Of a stretch of DNA of 64,000 nucleotides, positions 62,283 to 64,000 are shown one piece after another; the stretch's first letter is position 1; each line of letters begins with the position of its first letter. The notes under the pieces were generated by a model, which saw nothing but the letters and a program-made list of their open reading frames with translations, searched no databases and was not told the origin of the DNA. Origin of the DNA: Methylophaga sp. (GTDB lineage Bacteria; Pseudomonadota; Gammaproteobacteria; Nitrosococcales; Methylophagaceae); contig CBFHWI010000005.1 of NCBI GenBank assembly GCA_965659475.1, positions 801 to 64,800 of the forward strand, read 5' to 3'. Both the position numbers and the translations under genes were made by a program.

Positions 62283-63803
62283 ATGATTTACGCAAAACCC
62301 GGTACGGACGGCGCAGTCGTTTCTTTTAAACCACGTTATGAAAACTTTATCGGTGGCGAATGGCTTGCCCCGGTTAAAGGCCAATATTTTGAGAATATTA
62401 CGCCGGTTACCGGTGAAGTGATTTGCGAAATCCCCCGCTCTTCTGCTGAAGACATTGAACTGGCATTGGATGCTGCGCATAAAGCTAAAGATGCTTGGGG
62501 CCGCACCTCAGTTACCGATCGCAGCAATGTCTTACTGAAAATTGCTGATCGAATTGAAGCTAACTTGGAAATGTTGGCGGTTGCTGAAACCTGGGATAAT
62601 GGTAAAGCCGTTCGTGAGACGCTCAATGCCGATATTCCGTTGGCTGCTGACCACTTCCGCTATTTTGCCGGCTGTATCCGTGCCCAAGAAGGCACTATGG
62701 GTGAAATTGACGAAACAACAGTTGCCTATCATTTCCATGAGCCGCTGGGTGTCGTTGGTCAAATTATTCCGTGGAACTTCCCAATTCTGATGGCTGCCTG
62801 GAAACTGGCGCCCGCCCTTGCTGCGGGTAACTGCATCGTGATGAAACCTGCTGAACAAACGCCGGTTTCAATCCTGAAGCTGATTGAAGTCATCGCTGAT
62901 TTACTACCGCCGGGTGTGCTGAATATTGTTAATGGTTTTGGCCGTGAAGCCGGTCAGGCACTGGGCACCAGCACCCGTATTGCTAAAATCGCCTTTACCG
63001 GTTCAACGCCGGTCGGGTCAATGATCATGAAATACGCGGCTGATAACATCATTCCGTCAACGGTAGAACTGGGCGGTAAATCGCCAAACGTTTTCTTCGA
63101 AGACATCATGCAGCAAGAAGAAGACTATATAAATAAGTGCGCCGAAGGCATGACCTTGGCGTTCTTTAATCAGGGTGAAGTTTGCACATGTCCATCGCGC
63201 GCCCTGATCCAAGAAAGTATTTATGATGACTTTATCTCGGTGGTCATGGAACGCGCCAAGATGATCAAACGCGGCAACCCGCTGGATACGGAAACCCAGG
63301 TCGGTGCCCAGGCTTCTCAGGAGCAATTCGATAAAATCCTCAGCTATGTCGAAATCGGTAAAAACGAAGGCGCCCAACTATTGATGGGCGGCGGCATTGA
63401 GCAAGTGGGTGCTGAGTACGATAAAGGTTTCTATATCGAACCTACTCTGATGAAAGGCCATAATAAAATGCGTATCTTCCAGGAAGAAATCTTTGGCCCG
63501 GTGGTTTCGGTCACGACTTTCAAAACGGAAGCGGAAGCGCTGGAAATCGCCAACGATACCGAATTTGGTCTCGGCGCCGGTGTCTGGACCCGTGATATGA
63601 ACCTTGCCTATCGCATGGGTCGCGGTATTCAGGCCGGCCGTGTCTGGACCAACTGCTACCACGCCTACCCTGCTCATGCGGCATTTGGTGGTTACAAAAA
63701 ATCTGGTGTTGGTCGTGAAACCCACAAAATAGCGCTGGAACATTATCAGCAAACTAAAAACCTGCTGGTCAGTTACGGCACCAGTCCACTCGGTTTCTTC
63801 TAG
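62283..63803 (+). CDS. aldB: NAD-dependent acetaldehyde dehydrogenase (AldB/ExaC/AcoD type)
   Basis: [48 protein letters not shown]...LGFF. Confidence 0.92.
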   Translation: MIYAKPGTDGAVVSFKPRYENFIGGEWLAPVKGQYFENITPVTGEVICEIPRSSAEDIELALDAAHKAKDAWGRTSVTDRSNVLLKIADRIEANLEMLAVAETWDNGKAVRETLNADIPLAADHFRYFAGCIRAQEGTMGEIDETTVAYHFHEPLGVVGQIIPWNFPILMAAWKLAPALAAGNCIVMKPAEQTPVSILKLIEVIADLLPPGVLNIVNGFGREAGQALGTSTRIAKIAFTGSTPVGSMIMKYAADNIIPSTVELGGKSPNVFFEDIMQQEEDYINKCAEGMTLAFFNQGEVCTCPSRALIQESIYDDFISVVMERAKMIKRGNPLDTETQVGAQASQEQFDKILSYVEIGKNEGAQLLMGGGIEQVGAEYDKGFYIEPTLMKGHNKMRIFQEEIFGPVVSVTTFKTEAEALEIANDTEFGLGAGVWTRDMNLAYRMGRGIQAGRVWTNCYHAYPAHAAFGGYKKSGVGRETHKIALEHYQQTKNLLVSYGTSPLGFF

Positions 63804-63819
63804 ACTACTGCAAGCAATC

Positions 63820-63860
63820 TGAAAACTCTCCCCTAAGCAATGCTTTTGGGAGAGTTTTCA
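63820..63860 (+). terminator. Stem-loop after aldB (terminator or mRNA stabiliser)
   Basis: TGAAAACTCTCCC...GGGAGAGTTTTCA. Confidence 0.65.
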
Positions 63861-63922
63861 TATTAGCGGCGATCACGCCGTAGCGGTACACTCCCCATTA
63901 GAATACAAAAAAGGTAAGACTG

Positions 63923-64000
63923 ATGGCTCAGGAAAATATTGAATCCACCTTATTGGAAAACCGTCGTTTCCCACCCAGCGATGCATTTGTCCGCAGTTGT
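63923..64000 (+). CDS. acs: Probable acetyl-CoA synthetase N-terminus, runs off the window
   Basis: MAQENIESTLLENRRFPPSDAF resembles Acs N-termini; AAGGT RBS; follows aldB. Confidence 0.6.
   Translation, partial: MAQENIESTLLENRRFPPSDAFVRSC

Noticed and set aside
62265-63752. Chain of antisense ORFs opposite aldB, and the other short nested ORFs in the track
   Set aside because: Shadow frames produced by codon bias of well-supported genes; no motifs or RBS support

Overview
64 kb of a gammaproteobacterial chromosome. The C1 markers (a Fae paralog, a methylotroph-type pterin dehydratase and a c553i/XoxG-like cytochrome) and the gene content suggest a methylotroph such as Methylophaga (inference, not a database result). 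The window contains the replication terminus. A canonical XerCD dif site lies at 5307-5334, and five GGGCAGGG KOPS motifs to its right point back at it. A degenerate second dif-like site, several short tandem duplications and a DUF5677 gene cluster around it. Left of dif are a PmrB/QseC-type kinase, a cupredoxin-FTR1-beta-barrel iron-uptake module and a dgkA-LtaS-like operon with a PmrA-type box. The rest is mostly core genes: yoaA, lemA, fae, lapD/lapG, an RND pump, rapA, apeB, ppk1, rlmKL, hrpA, phoPQ-like, ligA-zipA, queF, cysZ, dksA, tamAB, aldB and the start of acs. Two genes are disrupted: a nuclease-fold gene with one nonsense codon and a decayed cbbY-like phosphatase. The best candidates for undescribed systems are (1) an orphan ParA ATPase translationally coupled to ppk1 under a Pho box, possibly positioning polyphosphate granules, and (2) a LemA plus GIDE/EF-hand membrane module coupled to a YoaA helicase. 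No rRNA, tRNA, CRISPR array, IS element or prophage was recognised.
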